Assembly (NCBI GenBank): GCA_038065315.1
Contig: JBBTRF010000001.1
Coordinates: forward strand, 97,642 to 161,641
From: Patescibacteria group bacterium
GTDB lineage: Bacteria; Patescibacteriota; Minisyncoccia; Phycocordibacterales; JBBTRF01
Reading direction: 5' to 3'
DNA: 64,000 nucleotides
Shown: positions 48,223-57,143 of the stretch, in pieces
Layout: each line of letters begins with the position of its first letter
How positions within the stretch are numbered: position 1 is the stretch's first letter
Translations under genes and position numbers: made by a program
Notes under the pieces: model-generated
Databases searched by the model: none
Told to the model about the DNA's origin: nothing
Seen by the model: the letters and a program-made list of their open reading frames with translations, nothing else

Positions 48223-49350
48223 CTATCTCTCGTGCTGCAATGCAATACCGACTACCTCTTCGGCAATGAGGCGCGCGGAGTCGAGACGGCTGAATTTTTT
48301 TGCGGCAGCGGACATGGTTGGCAGCAGTTCCGGCGTATCAAAAAGTCGGTCAATCTCCGTCTGGAGCACATGTGGAGACAGATTCCCCTCTTCGATCACG
48401 ATGCAGCCACCGGCATGAGCATAGTTGAAGGCGTTGTGGACCTGGTCGTGTGAGACGGTTTCGTTGATTGGGATGATAATACTTGGAATCCCCCAAGCCG
48501 CAATTTCAAAAATAGTGGAGCCGGCGCGGGAAATCACGAGGTTCGCGATGCCAGCCGACATGCGCATGTTGAGGTCGTTCAAATAGTCGAGGGCTTTGTA
48601 GCGATCTTTGTGCTTGCTGTCGCCGAGGACAACTTCGGCAGTACGTTGCACTGCTTCGAGGTTCGCCTTGCCGGTCTGGTGAATGATCTGATATTTTTCG
48701 ACAAGGTCAGGGAGAATGTCCATTAGGTTTTCGTTGATTGTTGTCGCACCCTGTGAACCGCCCAAAATGAGGATGGTCGGCACGGCTTTTTGGAAGCCAA
48801 AATATTCGTAGGCGCCGTTGGTGAGGGGCTCACGGATTTCTTGTCGAATCGGGTTGCCGGTGTAGGCGGTCTTGTCTGCCGGGAAAAATTCCGCGGATTG
48901 TGGGTACGACAAAGCGATGCGCTTTGCGAACTTCCCCGCCCAGGCGTTGACACGTCCTGGGCGACTATCCGACTCGTGAATGATCACCGGAATCCGCAAC
49001 AGCCGCGCCGCGAACAACGTCGGAAAGCTCACGTACCCGCCCTTGCCAAAGACGACGTCGGGGTAAATCTGAAACAGCTTCACTAGCGTGAGGCAGACAC
49101 CCCACGCAGTTTTAACGGCATCGGTGATATTGAGCAGCGAAAAATAGCGACGTACTTTGCCCGCCGGAGTCGCGACAAAGCGAATCCCCTTTGAAAAAAG
49201 CAGGTTCTCGTTGTACGGCTTGTCGGCCATGTAGATGAGCTCAGGGTCGAGCAGCTTGCGCTCCTTGCTCAGCGAGATCACCTCTTCAGCCACGGCAATA
49301 ATCGGATAGAAATGTCCGCCTGATCCCCCGCCGGTAAAAACGATTTTCAT
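48223..49350 (-). CDS. murG: Lipid II GlcNAc transferase
   Basis: GGGSGGHFYP, GGYVS, HESD, GNPIR, GGSQGA. Confidence 0.96.
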   Translation of the reverse strand: MKIVFTGGGSGGHFYPIIAVAEEVISLSKERKLLDPELIYMADKPYNENLLFSKGIRFVATPAGKVRRYFSLLNITDAVKTAWGVCLTLVKLFQIYPDVVFGKGGYVSFPTLFAARLLRIPVIIHESDSRPGRVNAWAGKFAKRIALSYPQSAEFFPADKTAYTGNPIRQEIREPLTNGAYEYFGFQKAVPTILILGGSQGATTINENLMDILPDLVEKYQIIHQTGKANLEAVQRTAEVVLGDSKHKDRYKALDYLNDLNMRMSAGIANLVISRAGSTIFEIAAWGIPSIIIPINETVSHDQVHNAFNYAHAGGCIVIEEGNLSPHVLQTEIDRLFDTPELLPTMSAAAKKFSRLDSARLIAEEVVGIALQHER

Positions 49351-49402
49351 GATGGATTATAGATTGGCTATGCAGTCTTTTGATTATGCTTCGCGCTGTT
49401 CG

Positions 49403-50497
49403 CTATGTCCGATATTTCGAAATATTGCAGAGGATGCCCAGCTCGGCGAGCGAGCAGAAGAGCGCCGTGCCGCCGTGACTCACAAACACGAGCGGTAGTC
49501 CGGATAAAGGAAACACGCCGAGCATCGAGGCGATATTCAGGAACGACTGCGACACCATCAGTATACCAATACCTACCGCCAACAGTCCACCGAAGGGGTC
49601 GGGTGCGCGAGTGGCGATCTTGAAGACTTGCAAGGCGAAAAAACAAATGATTAAAAGGAGTGTCACACTGCCCACAAACCCGAATTCTTCGCTAGCTACA
49701 GCAAAAATCGAGTCGCCGATCGGTTCTGGCAAAAAATTGAACTTTTGAATACTCTGGCCGAAGCCGCGACCGGTGAGTTGACCTGAGCCGATGGCGATGA
49801 GCGACTGCTGGATCTGATAGCCCGATCCAGTGGCGTCGGTCGACGGATTCATGAAGGTCTGTACGCGTTGCATGAGGTATGGCCGCTGCGCCACGAGCAA
49901 GGCGAGGATAATGGCGCCACCGATCCCCAAGGCTGCCAAATGTTTGAATTTCCCTCCTGCCACGATATACATCGCCAGACCGGCGAACACCATCACGCCG
50001 AAAGTGGCCGTGTCTGGCTGGAGGAGCATGATGGCGCCGACAATGCTCGTGATGATCACAAACGGCAGCAACCCCTTCTTCACCGTCGCCACTTTCTCTT
50101 TGGCGCCCGAAAGCCAGGCGGCAAGATAGAAGAGGTAACCCATTTTCAAGAGCTCGGACGGCTGCAGCGAAGTGAAGCCGAGGTCAATCCAACGACTCGC
50201 TCCGCCGTGTTTGAAGCCGATACCAGGGACGAAGACGAGCAGAGTGAGTAGTAGGGTCGCCGCAAAAATGTGAAACGAGTACGTGCGCCACTTGCGATAG
50301 TGGATGCGCGAAGTTGCAATAAAGGCCACGCTGCCGAGGCCAAGCCCGAAGAAAAGATGATTGAAAACGACGGCTGAATACAGGCTGCCGGAGCGGCTCA
50401 AAAGGCCGAGTGAGGCAGAGATAAAGATCGTGATGCCGACCGCAACCAAAAGGATCGAAGTCCACAAAAACAGCTTGTCAATCTTCCCGCTTCTCAT
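49403..50497 (-). CDS. ftsW: SEDS peptidoglycan glycosyltransferase FtsW
   Basis: RWIDLG, QPSELLK, LPEPIGDSIF, SHGGTA; adjacent to murG. Confidence 0.92.
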   Translation of the reverse strand: MRSGKIDKLFLWTSILLVAVGITIFISASLGLLSRSGSLYSAVVFNHLFFGLGLGSVAFIATSRIHYRKWRTYSFHIFAATLLLTLLVFVPGIGFKHGGASRWIDLGFTSLQPSELLKMGYLFYLAAWLSGAKEKVATVKKGLLPFVIITSIVGAIMLLQPDTATFGVMVFAGLAMYIVAGGKFKHLAALGIGGAIILALLVAQRPYLMQRVQTFMNPSTDATGSGYQIQQSLIAIGSGQLTGRGFGQSIQKFNFLPEPIGDSIFAVASEEFGFVGSVTLLLIICFFALQVFKIATRAPDPFGGLLAVGIGILMVSQSFLNIASMLGVFPLSGLPLVFVSHGGTALFCSLAELGILCNISKYRT

Positions 50498-50584
50498 GCC
50501 GATATAATATCACATTACGAGTCTCGTCGCCGACACCGATTCCAAGCCGTTTGACTACGCGTTGCTGAAGTAATATAATAGATG

Positions 50585-50667
50585 AACTTGGAGGGCATGC
50601 CCTGTCACGGCCACTAAGCTGTAACCAAGGAGGAACAAAAAGCACCGCGGCCGCGGTGCTTTTTGTT
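50585..50667 (+). ncRNA. Putative small RNA convergent with the 152-aa nuclease-like gene
   Basis: TTGACT-17-TATAAT (50551-50579), three-way junction, palindromic terminator 50634-50667. Confidence 0.55.
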
Positions 50668-51126
50668 TTAAGTAAACGCCAAAGGATCATCGTCGCTATC
50701 AAAAGATCTTTTCCATGCTGGTATGACGCTTAGGAAGCAAACCGGTCCATCCTTGATCTGCTTTAGAACTATTTTAACTCGGTAGCCATCCATCAGTGCC
50801 ACGAACTCAAAATAGCGCACGGAAGAAAGCTGCAACTCCCGGCGAGAGCCTGATTTCATGTTTTCAAACCGATTGAGGACTCGCATGTCCTGAATTGTAT
50901 GTGAGTCGTTGAGTATTCTGGACACAAATCGAAATATCGAAAGTCTCTGATGCGAGTCACTGATCGGCCGACGGCGATTATTTCCCTTAAAAAAGAAGTG
51001 GTTGAATCCGACATGATTGAAAACAATAACTTTCTGTAGAAATGGACAAAATACCCTGCCGATATTTTGATACGCAAGTCTGACACGTTCCTTCAGCCGT
51101 TCAAATTTTTCTTCTTCGGCATGCAC
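50668..51126 (-). CDS. Hypothetical basic protein, RelE/BECR-fold nuclease-like
   Basis: VFNHVGFNHFFFK, R-rich helix, C-terminal beta meander RVKIVLKQ...FLSVIPAW. Confidence 0.5.
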   Translation of the reverse strand: MHAEEEKFERLKERVRLAYQNIGRVFCPFLQKVIVFNHVGFNHFFFKGNNRRRPISDSHQRLSIFRFVSRILNDSHTIQDMRVLNRFENMKSGSRRELQLSSVRYFEFVALMDGYRVKIVLKQIKDGPVCFLSVIPAWKRSFDSDDDPLAFT

Positions 51127-51148
51127 GCAACTAGCATAGCAGGACAGT

Positions 51149-51199
51149 GATAGAGAAATTGCTAAGAAAAGATAGAGAATTCGCTAATTTTTGATAAAG
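51149..51199 (-). promoter_or_regulatory. 51-bp upstream element with 22-bp-period GATAGAGAAnTnGCTAA repeat
   Basis: Shared with 42636-42686; -10 TATGCT at 51133-51138 lies 6 nt before the GTG start. Confidence 0.6.
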
Positions 51200-51235
51200 T
51201 ATCTCGCTAGACTGGAACAGGACTATTGGGCAGTG

Positions 51236-52201
51236 TTACTGCCGAAAATACGCCAAGGTCGAGCTGGCGAGCGCCTCGACGTCGCTAAAGCGACCCTTTT
51301 CGGATGAACCGAGCACCGCGATCACAACTGGATGACCAAAACCGATATCCATACCCACCACGAGGTTGCCGCCGGCGAGATCGGTGAGCCCTGTCTTTGA
51401 CCCGATGAGTCCTGGGATAGCATTTACGGCCTCGTTGGTATTTTTGGCTGGATGGCGGAAGTCATCGATGGAAATAAAATTCACTTTTTCATACTGTGTG
51501 GCCTCGATCATTTCCGGATGATTGTGCAAAATGTACGCAAAAAGTGCACTCACGTCTTTGGCCGAGCCGTATGCACCGGCCGTGGTGGAGCTGATGTCGA
51601 GCCCGCTTTCATTGGTGAAATAGGTGTGGGTAAGACTGAGTCGCTGTGCCTTTTGATTCATGAGTGTCACGAACTCGCTTTTTTGCACCTCTGCATCCTG
51701 CGAGCTGGTGCTGAAGGCCATGCTGGCCGAAGCGAGAGCACTGGCACCGTCGTTCGAAGACACGAGCAAGGTGAAATCTAGGAGATCTTTCAGTCGCCAA
51801 TGTTCGTTCGCGAGCAGACCACTATCCCCTTCCTGCGCAATGTCACTCAGGCGAATAGCCGCCACAGTCGAAGGCGGCAGCTGTTCATATGCCGTGAGAG
51901 CGGTCATGAGTTTGGTCACCGAAGCGAGTGGCAGACTGGTGGTGGCGTTTTGTGAGTATAGTATTTCACCAGTGACCGTGTCGATAACGTAGGCCGCCTT
52001 AGCTTCCATGACGAGCGGCACCTGGAAAGGGATTTTTGCAATGACGGGTTCAACCGGTTTTTTTGGTTGAAATATCGCCACGAGTGAAGCGAGCGATGTC
52101 TCCGGCGAAAAAGTCGGGAAAAATGCATGTACCGAAAGCAAGCTGCCGGCTACCAGGAGCGTGCCGAAGGCAAAAGACTCGATTTTTCCGGTGCGGATCA
52201 T
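51236..52201 (-). CDS. D-Ala-D-Ala carboxypeptidase (S11)
   Basis: ASVTKLMTA, SSND, KTG. Confidence 0.92.
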   Translation of the reverse strand: MIRTGKIESFAFGTLLVAGSLLSVHAFFPTFSPETSLASLVAIFQPKKPVEPVIAKIPFQVPLVMEAKAAYVIDTVTGEILYSQNATTSLPLASVTKLMTALTAYEQLPPSTVAAIRLSDIAQEGDSGLLANEHWRLKDLLDFTLLVSSNDGASALASASMAFSTSSQDAEVQKSEFVTLMNQKAQRLSLTHTYFTNESGLDISSTTAGAYGSAKDVSALFAYILHNHPEMIEATQYEKVNFISIDDFRHPAKNTNEAVNAIPGLIGSKTGLTDLAGGNLVVGMDIGFGHPVVIAVLGSSEKGRFSDVEALASSTLAYFRQ

Positions 52202-52226
52202 GTGTGTTTAAACGCGTCAATTTATC

Positions 52227-52796
52227 CTACTCTGCCGCCGCCTCTTCCGCAATAGGCGCGACCACAGCGCTCTGCCGCATCGATTCGTATTCGGGAAGTT
52301 CTTCCGGCTTGGTGAGGCCCATAAAAGTGATGAGCTGCATCGTCGGCTTGTACAAAAAGGCGCGCTGGTCTTCGGGCGAGTTGACCTTTTCTACGAGACC
52401 GCGAATGAGTAGATTGCGAAGGATGAAGGTCGAATTGACCCCACGGATGCTGTCGATCTCGCGGCGGCTGATTGGACCTTTGTACAGGACGATCGAGAGG
52501 GTTTCGAGGCCCGCCTTGCCGAGGTCGCGTGTGAGCTCTTCACGAGTGAGCTGTTCGATGAGGGGTGCGGATGCCGGTGCAGTGCCGAGCATGAGTTCGT
52601 CGTCTTTTTGGACCAACACGAGGCCGCCACCACGACTAGCGAGTACTGTTTCGAGCTCAGTAACCGCCAGATTCAGAGCCTCAGCGGTGAGACCCGGATT
52701 CGTCGTCTTCAAAATCTCCGCAATACGCTTGTGCGTGACGGGTTCGCCTTTCCAAAAAAGGAGCGCTTCGAGTTGTGCGGATAAAGGAAGGTTCAT
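52227..52796 (-). CDS. scpB: Segregation and condensation protein B
   Basis: LEALLF, LETLSIVLYKGPISRREIDSIRGVNS. Confidence 0.95.
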   Translation of the reverse strand: MNLPLSAQLEALLFWKGEPVTHKRIAEILKTTNPGLTAEALNLAVTELETVLASRGGGLVLVQKDDELMLGTAPASAPLIEQLTREELTRDLGKAGLETLSIVLYKGPISRREIDSIRGVNSTFILRNLLIRGLVEKVNSPEDQRAFLYKPTMQLITFMGLTKPEELPEYESMRQSAVVAPIAEEAAAE

Positions 52797-52838
52797 GTGG
52801 GTGAAATGTAGCAGTTGTTGCGTGCGGCGTTTTGTTCG

Positions 52839-53591
52839 CTAATTATACCTCGGAACGCCGACCGCCTGCGTCTCGATGGTGATATCTTGAAAATGCGCAT
52901 CTTGCGTGACATCGACGATGCCCTGCTTCACTAGCTCGAGCATGGCGAGGAAGCTCACGATGACATGCACCCGCTCCTGCTTCCCCACCCCGGCAAAATC
53001 TTCGAAGCTCATTTTGATGCTCGACTGGATGCGTGCGGTGAGGTTGACGATCATCTCCTCGAGGCTCATCACTTTGCGCACCACCGCCTTCGGGATGAAT
53101 TCTTTTTTCGGCAGGTTGCGGATCACTTCTTTAATCGCGGCCAAGACACCAGCAGGCGTGATCTCCGGCTCAGGCGAAAATACTGGTAAAACCGTCTTCG
53201 ATTCGGTCTTGGCAAAGATTGGTGTGGCGCCGAAGCGTTCTTTCACATGCAGCGAGAGCTCTTTGATCTTTTGATACGTCTTCAGACGCGCTTCGAGGTC
53301 TTCGATACTACCTTTTTCTTCTTCAGTGAGCGACAAGGTCGGCAGCAACGATTTGGATTTAATGAGCAGCAGCGTCGACGCGATGAGGATGAAGTTCGCA
53401 CTTTCGGCCATGGGGAAAGCTTCGCCAGCACCACTCGTGCCCGTTCCGCGGGCTTGTAGGTACGCAATATAGTCGTCGGTCACTTGCGCGAGCGAAATAT
53501 CGTTCACGAGCAGTTTGCGCTTCTCAATCAGGCTCAACAACAGGTCGAGCGGGCCTTCGAAGAATTGGGTTTTAATACAAAAAGTATCCAC
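52839..53591 (-). CDS. scpA: Segregation and condensation protein A
   Basis: FEGPLDLLLSLI, IKSKSLLP, FLAMLELVK; GTG start 53591. Confidence 0.95.
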   Translation of the reverse strand: MDTFCIKTQFFEGPLDLLLSLIEKRKLLVNDISLAQVTDDYIAYLQARGTGTSGAGEAFPMAESANFILIASTLLLIKSKSLLPTLSLTEEEKGSIEDLEARLKTYQKIKELSLHVKERFGATPIFAKTESKTVLPVFSPEPEITPAGVLAAIKEVIRNLPKKEFIPKAVVRKVMSLEEMIVNLTARIQSSIKMSFEDFAGVGKQERVHVIVSFLAMLELVKQGIVDVTQDAHFQDITIETQAVGVPRYN

Positions 53592-53601
53592 TAGAGCCAA
53601 G

Positions 53602-54663
53602 TTACACTTTCCACTCGTTTGGAAACGTGATCTTGTCATAACCGCGCTCTTTCAAAAAAGGAGCCAGTTCAGAACTTGAAGGAAATTCCGCCTCGAATTC
53701 TCTCTGTAAGTCCTTCAAGATGTTTTTCGACATTTCATATTTCTCGTGTTCAAGACATAGTTTATACCACCTATCGAGATCTTCTAGGGTTACAATACCC
53801 TGTATTCTACTGCCCCAACCGACTTGCTTAAGTAAGGCCTCTATCAGTTGTTTCTCAGAAGATATACAGACCACGACAATTTTGTCAGCGGTAATACTAT
53901 CAGCAATTTCTTCTACCAAATCAGGGTTCAAAGTTAGGTGCTTAACTTGTATTGCTGGCCCAAAGTTTGACCACATATCCAGACCGCGGTCGGCAGCATT
54001 CGTTACACCGACCCTAAATAGTGCCGCAGGCAAGACTATTTTACTTTTTTGAGCGTTTGAACCGATAACGGTTTTTATAAAATCTTCAAAGTCAGCGAGA
54101 ATCTTTGTGTCCTTATTTTGTATCTCGAGACTAATTTGCAGTCCTAATACTCGGATAATGCTGGAGAAAAGGGCGTACACCGTTATTTCGTACATCTTAT
54201 CCACACTTCTTCTTAAGCCCGGATTTTCGATAAAGAGAGATATCAAATACTTAAGAGAAAAGTTATCTGGGGCTGTATTCTTAATGTATTTTTCGACTTC
54301 CCGAACAGAATCTAATCTTTTTTCTAAAGATTTGTATATGTAGGCCTCAACAAGACCTTTGGAATTTCGATTTGTTATTTCTAAAACATAGAGCGCCTCT
54401 GGTGGCATTGCATTCGCCTCAAAAATGTTATCCTGATATTTTTGACTAGAGGTACTCTTTCGGCCAACTAACCTTACAGACACAATGTCTCGCCATTTCT
54501 TGGACACATTTCTATAAGACTCAAGATCCTTGAGGTCGATAGATTCTTTTGTTCTGCTGTAAAAAAGTATTTCAGCAATTTGAATAGGCTTGTAAAGATG
54601 AACTCGAGATTTTTTGATCAAGGAGTCGAGAGCAGCCCTTGATTTTTTAGTGTTCTGTAACAT
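53602..54663 (-). CDS. Type II restriction endonuclease, HaeII-like
   Basis: KKSRVHLYKPIQIAEIL, NAADRGLDMWSNFGPAIQVKH (PD-D/ExK-like); paired with a C5 MTase; AT-rich. Confidence 0.8.
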   Translation of the reverse strand: MLQNTKKSRAALDSLIKKSRVHLYKPIQIAEILFYSRTKESIDLKDLESYRNVSKKWRDIVSVRLVGRKSTSSQKYQDNIFEANAMPPEALYVLEITNRNSKGLVEAYIYKSLEKRLDSVREVEKYIKNTAPDNFSLKYLISLFIENPGLRRSVDKMYEITVYALFSSIIRVLGLQISLEIQNKDTKILADFEDFIKTVIGSNAQKSKIVLPAALFRVGVTNAADRGLDMWSNFGPAIQVKHLTLNPDLVEEIADSITADKIVVVCISSEKQLIEALLKQVGWGSRIQGIVTLEDLDRWYKLCLEHEKYEMSKNILKDLQREFEAEFPSSSELAPFLKERGYDKITFPNEWKV

Positions 54664-55669
54664 GATTTTTTCTCACATGATTAACCTTTAATGAAACATT
54701 TCTTTCAATCGAGGTTATTTCGGTGGCGGTGGTTGGTGATGGTTTTTTACTCATAGCTTCGACCATCGCCTTGGCGACAGCCTGAATTTGTGGGACGACA
54801 ACGCTATTCCCAGCTTGCTTCCGAAGTTGGGTATCCGGAACCGTAATTTTAAAGCTATCCGGGAAGCCTTGGAGCCTTAACATTTCCCTAGGTGTTAGCC
54901 GTCGCTTTCCATTAACTAACAGATAGTTATACGAAGCATTTGCCCTTAGTGCGCATGAAAAAGAATTAACGCCAATATTACCACCCTTATTTTCATGCCA
55001 AATTGATGGAAAAAACTGTTTCTCCAAAGTCACTTTTTTTGCCAATTTATTTTTTACATGCTCAGAGACAAAGTGTTTCTTGTCGACATCCCTATCGTCC
55101 TCAAGCACATCCTCGAGGGTTTTATTAGGTTTATCACTTTTCACTGGGAAATTAAAAGGATAATTTTCCTTGAAGCCAACAATCATGATACGTTCTCTCT
55201 TTTGAGGTACTCCAAAATTAAGTCCGTTCAAAACTTTGTAGTGCACAAAATATCCTAGGTTCCGTAGTTTTTGTAAGATAACTTCGAATGTCTTCCCTTC
55301 GTCATGGCCAACGAGTTGCTTCACGTTCTCAAGCAAAAAAGCACGAGGGGTCTTCTCTCTGAGTATTCTCTCTATGTCAAAGAATAGTGTCCCTCTCGTA
55401 TCAGAAAAACCCTTTCTATCCCCGATAATACTAAAGGCCTGACAAGGAAACCCTCCAGTCAAAATATCATGGGCTGGTATATCCGAAGCCTTAATTTTGG
55501 TAATATCCCCAAAGGGTTTTTCACCAAAATTTGCCTCGTATGTTTTCTGACTAGCAGTATCCCATTCTGAAGAAAATACACACTCACAACCATTTCGTTC
55601 AAAAGCGAGTCTGATACCGCCAATGCCGGCAAACAAATCTATGAATTTGTATTTCTGGGTCTTTTTCAT
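54647..55669 (-). CDS. DNA cytosine-5 methyltransferase
   Basis: DLFAGIGG, GFPCQ, ENV, QKRER, QAGNSV. Confidence 0.97.
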   Translation of the reverse strand: MKKTQKYKFIDLFAGIGGIRLAFERNGCECVFSSEWDTASQKTYEANFGEKPFGDITKIKASDIPAHDILTGGFPCQAFSIIGDRKGFSDTRGTLFFDIERILREKTPRAFLLENVKQLVGHDEGKTFEVILQKLRNLGYFVHYKVLNGLNFGVPQKRERIMIVGFKENYPFNFPVKSDKPNKTLEDVLEDDRDVDKKHFVSEHVKNKLAKKVTLEKQFFPSIWHENKGGNIGVNSFSCALRANASYNYLLVNGKRRLTPREMLRLQGFPDSFKITVPDTQLRKQAGNSVVVPQIQAVAKAMVEAMSKKPSPTTATEITSIERNVSLKVNHVRKNHVTEH

Positions 55670-55693
55670 TAAGACAATTATATCAGATTTTTC

Positions 55694-57115
55694 CTACCCC
55701 TTCTTCTCCTTCTTGATCTCCAACCCCAACTCGCGAATCTGCTCAGGAGAAACTTCCGAAGGCGCCTGCATCATGAGGTCGCGACCCTCACCGGTCTTGG
55801 CAAAGGCGATGACTTCGCGGATGTTTGGCTCGTTCTGCAAAATAGCGAGCAGGCGGTCGAGACCCCACGCAATACCGCCATGTGGTGGCGCACCAAAACC
55901 AAACGCATCGAGCATGTGGCCGAAATTCTTCTGAATGTTCTCGTCGCTGTGGCCCATGATCTGGAGTACGGCCTTCAGTGCCTCTGGCATGTGGTTGCGG
56001 ATGCTACCGCCGCCGATCTCGAAGCCGTTGAGGGCGACGTCATACTGCGTGGTCAAAATATCGCCGATATTTTCCTTCTTCATCAACCACTCGAAATGCT
56101 CCGGCTTTGGTGCAGAGAACGGATTGTGGGTGAAAGTCCAACCATGCTTGCCGTCGGCAGTCTTCTCGTCGGTCTTTTCGAAGAATGGAAAATCAATCAC
56201 CCAGCAAAATGCGAGGAGGTTTGGATCGTTCTTGTCGGTGCGAATATCCGGCTTGTCGTTGCCGTACTTTTCCATCGCTTCCTTGTATGACATGCGTGGA
56301 AATGGCACTTGTTGAATCTTCTTGTGCGGAGTGACGGTCTTCACGAGCTCGATGAGCAGGGCCTCGTTGAGCGCCATGACATCTTCACGGACCACAAAGC
56401 TCATCTCCATGTCGAGCTGGGTGAATTCCGGCTGGCGGTCGCCGCGGGTATCTTCGTCGCGCATGCAGCGAGCGAGCTGGAAATATTTCTCAAAGCCGGC
56501 CACCATTAGGAGCTGTTTGTACTGCTGGGGCGACTGCGGAAGCGCATAAAACTTGCCCTTGTCGAGACGAGATGGCACGAGGTAGTCGCGAGAACCCTCT
56601 GGGGTCGACTTGGTGAGGAGCGGAGTTTCGATCTCGGTGAAGCCCTGCTTCGAAAGATAGTTACGGATGAACAGGTTCACCTCGTGGCGAACGCGGATGT
56701 TGGTCTGCAGGCGCGGACGACGCAGGTCGAGGTAGCGGTGCGTGAGGCGTGCCTCTTCGCCGATCTCGTGACCGTCGCCGCGCACGTCGATGGGTGGCGT
56801 GTTGGCCTGGTTGAGGACCTTGATACCAAGAATCTCCAGTTCAATATCCCCGTTCTGCTTGTCCTTTTGCACATTTTTCTCCGGACGCGGGTTCACTTTG
56901 CCGGTGACCTCCACCACCCATTCAGGTCGAAGGGCGCTGCCGACTGCATGTGCGTCTTTGGCGCCGGGGAGAATGACGCCTTGCACTTTGCCGGTGACAT
57001 CGCGAAAATCAAAGAAAATGAGCTTGCCCTGGTCGCGGCGGATGTCCACCCAGCCGGAGATGCTCACTTCCTGCCCTTTTTTGCCCGCGAGGTCGCGGAT
57101 ATACGTTCGTTCCAT
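55694..57115 (-). CDS. aspS: Aspartate--tRNA ligase, short form lacking the GAD insert
   Basis: ALPQSPQQYKQLLM, RDEDTRGDRQPEFTQLD, PPHGGIAWGLDRL. Confidence 0.96.
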   Translation of the reverse strand: MERTYIRDLAGKKGQEVSISGWVDIRRDQGKLIFFDFRDVTGKVQGVILPGAKDAHAVGSALRPEWVVEVTGKVNPRPEKNVQKDKQNGDIELEILGIKVLNQANTPPIDVRGDGHEIGEEARLTHRYLDLRRPRLQTNIRVRHEVNLFIRNYLSKQGFTEIETPLLTKSTPEGSRDYLVPSRLDKGKFYALPQSPQQYKQLLMVAGFEKYFQLARCMRDEDTRGDRQPEFTQLDMEMSFVVREDVMALNEALLIELVKTVTPHKKIQQVPFPRMSYKEAMEKYGNDKPDIRTDKNDPNLLAFCWVIDFPFFEKTDEKTADGKHGWTFTHNPFSAPKPEHFEWLMKKENIGDILTTQYDVALNGFEIGGGSIRNHMPEALKAVLQIMGHSDENIQKNFGHMLDAFGFGAPPHGGIAWGLDRLLAILQNEPNIREVIAFAKTGEGRDLMMQAPSEVSPEQIRELGLEIKKEKKG

Positions 57116-57143
57116 AGGCGAAATCATAGCAGAAACCGCTCTT

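Noticed and set aside
50582-50617. 11-codon ORF MNLEGMPCHGH in the putative sRNA
   Set aside because: Its ATG lies 2 nt after the -10 box, upstream of the expected TSS
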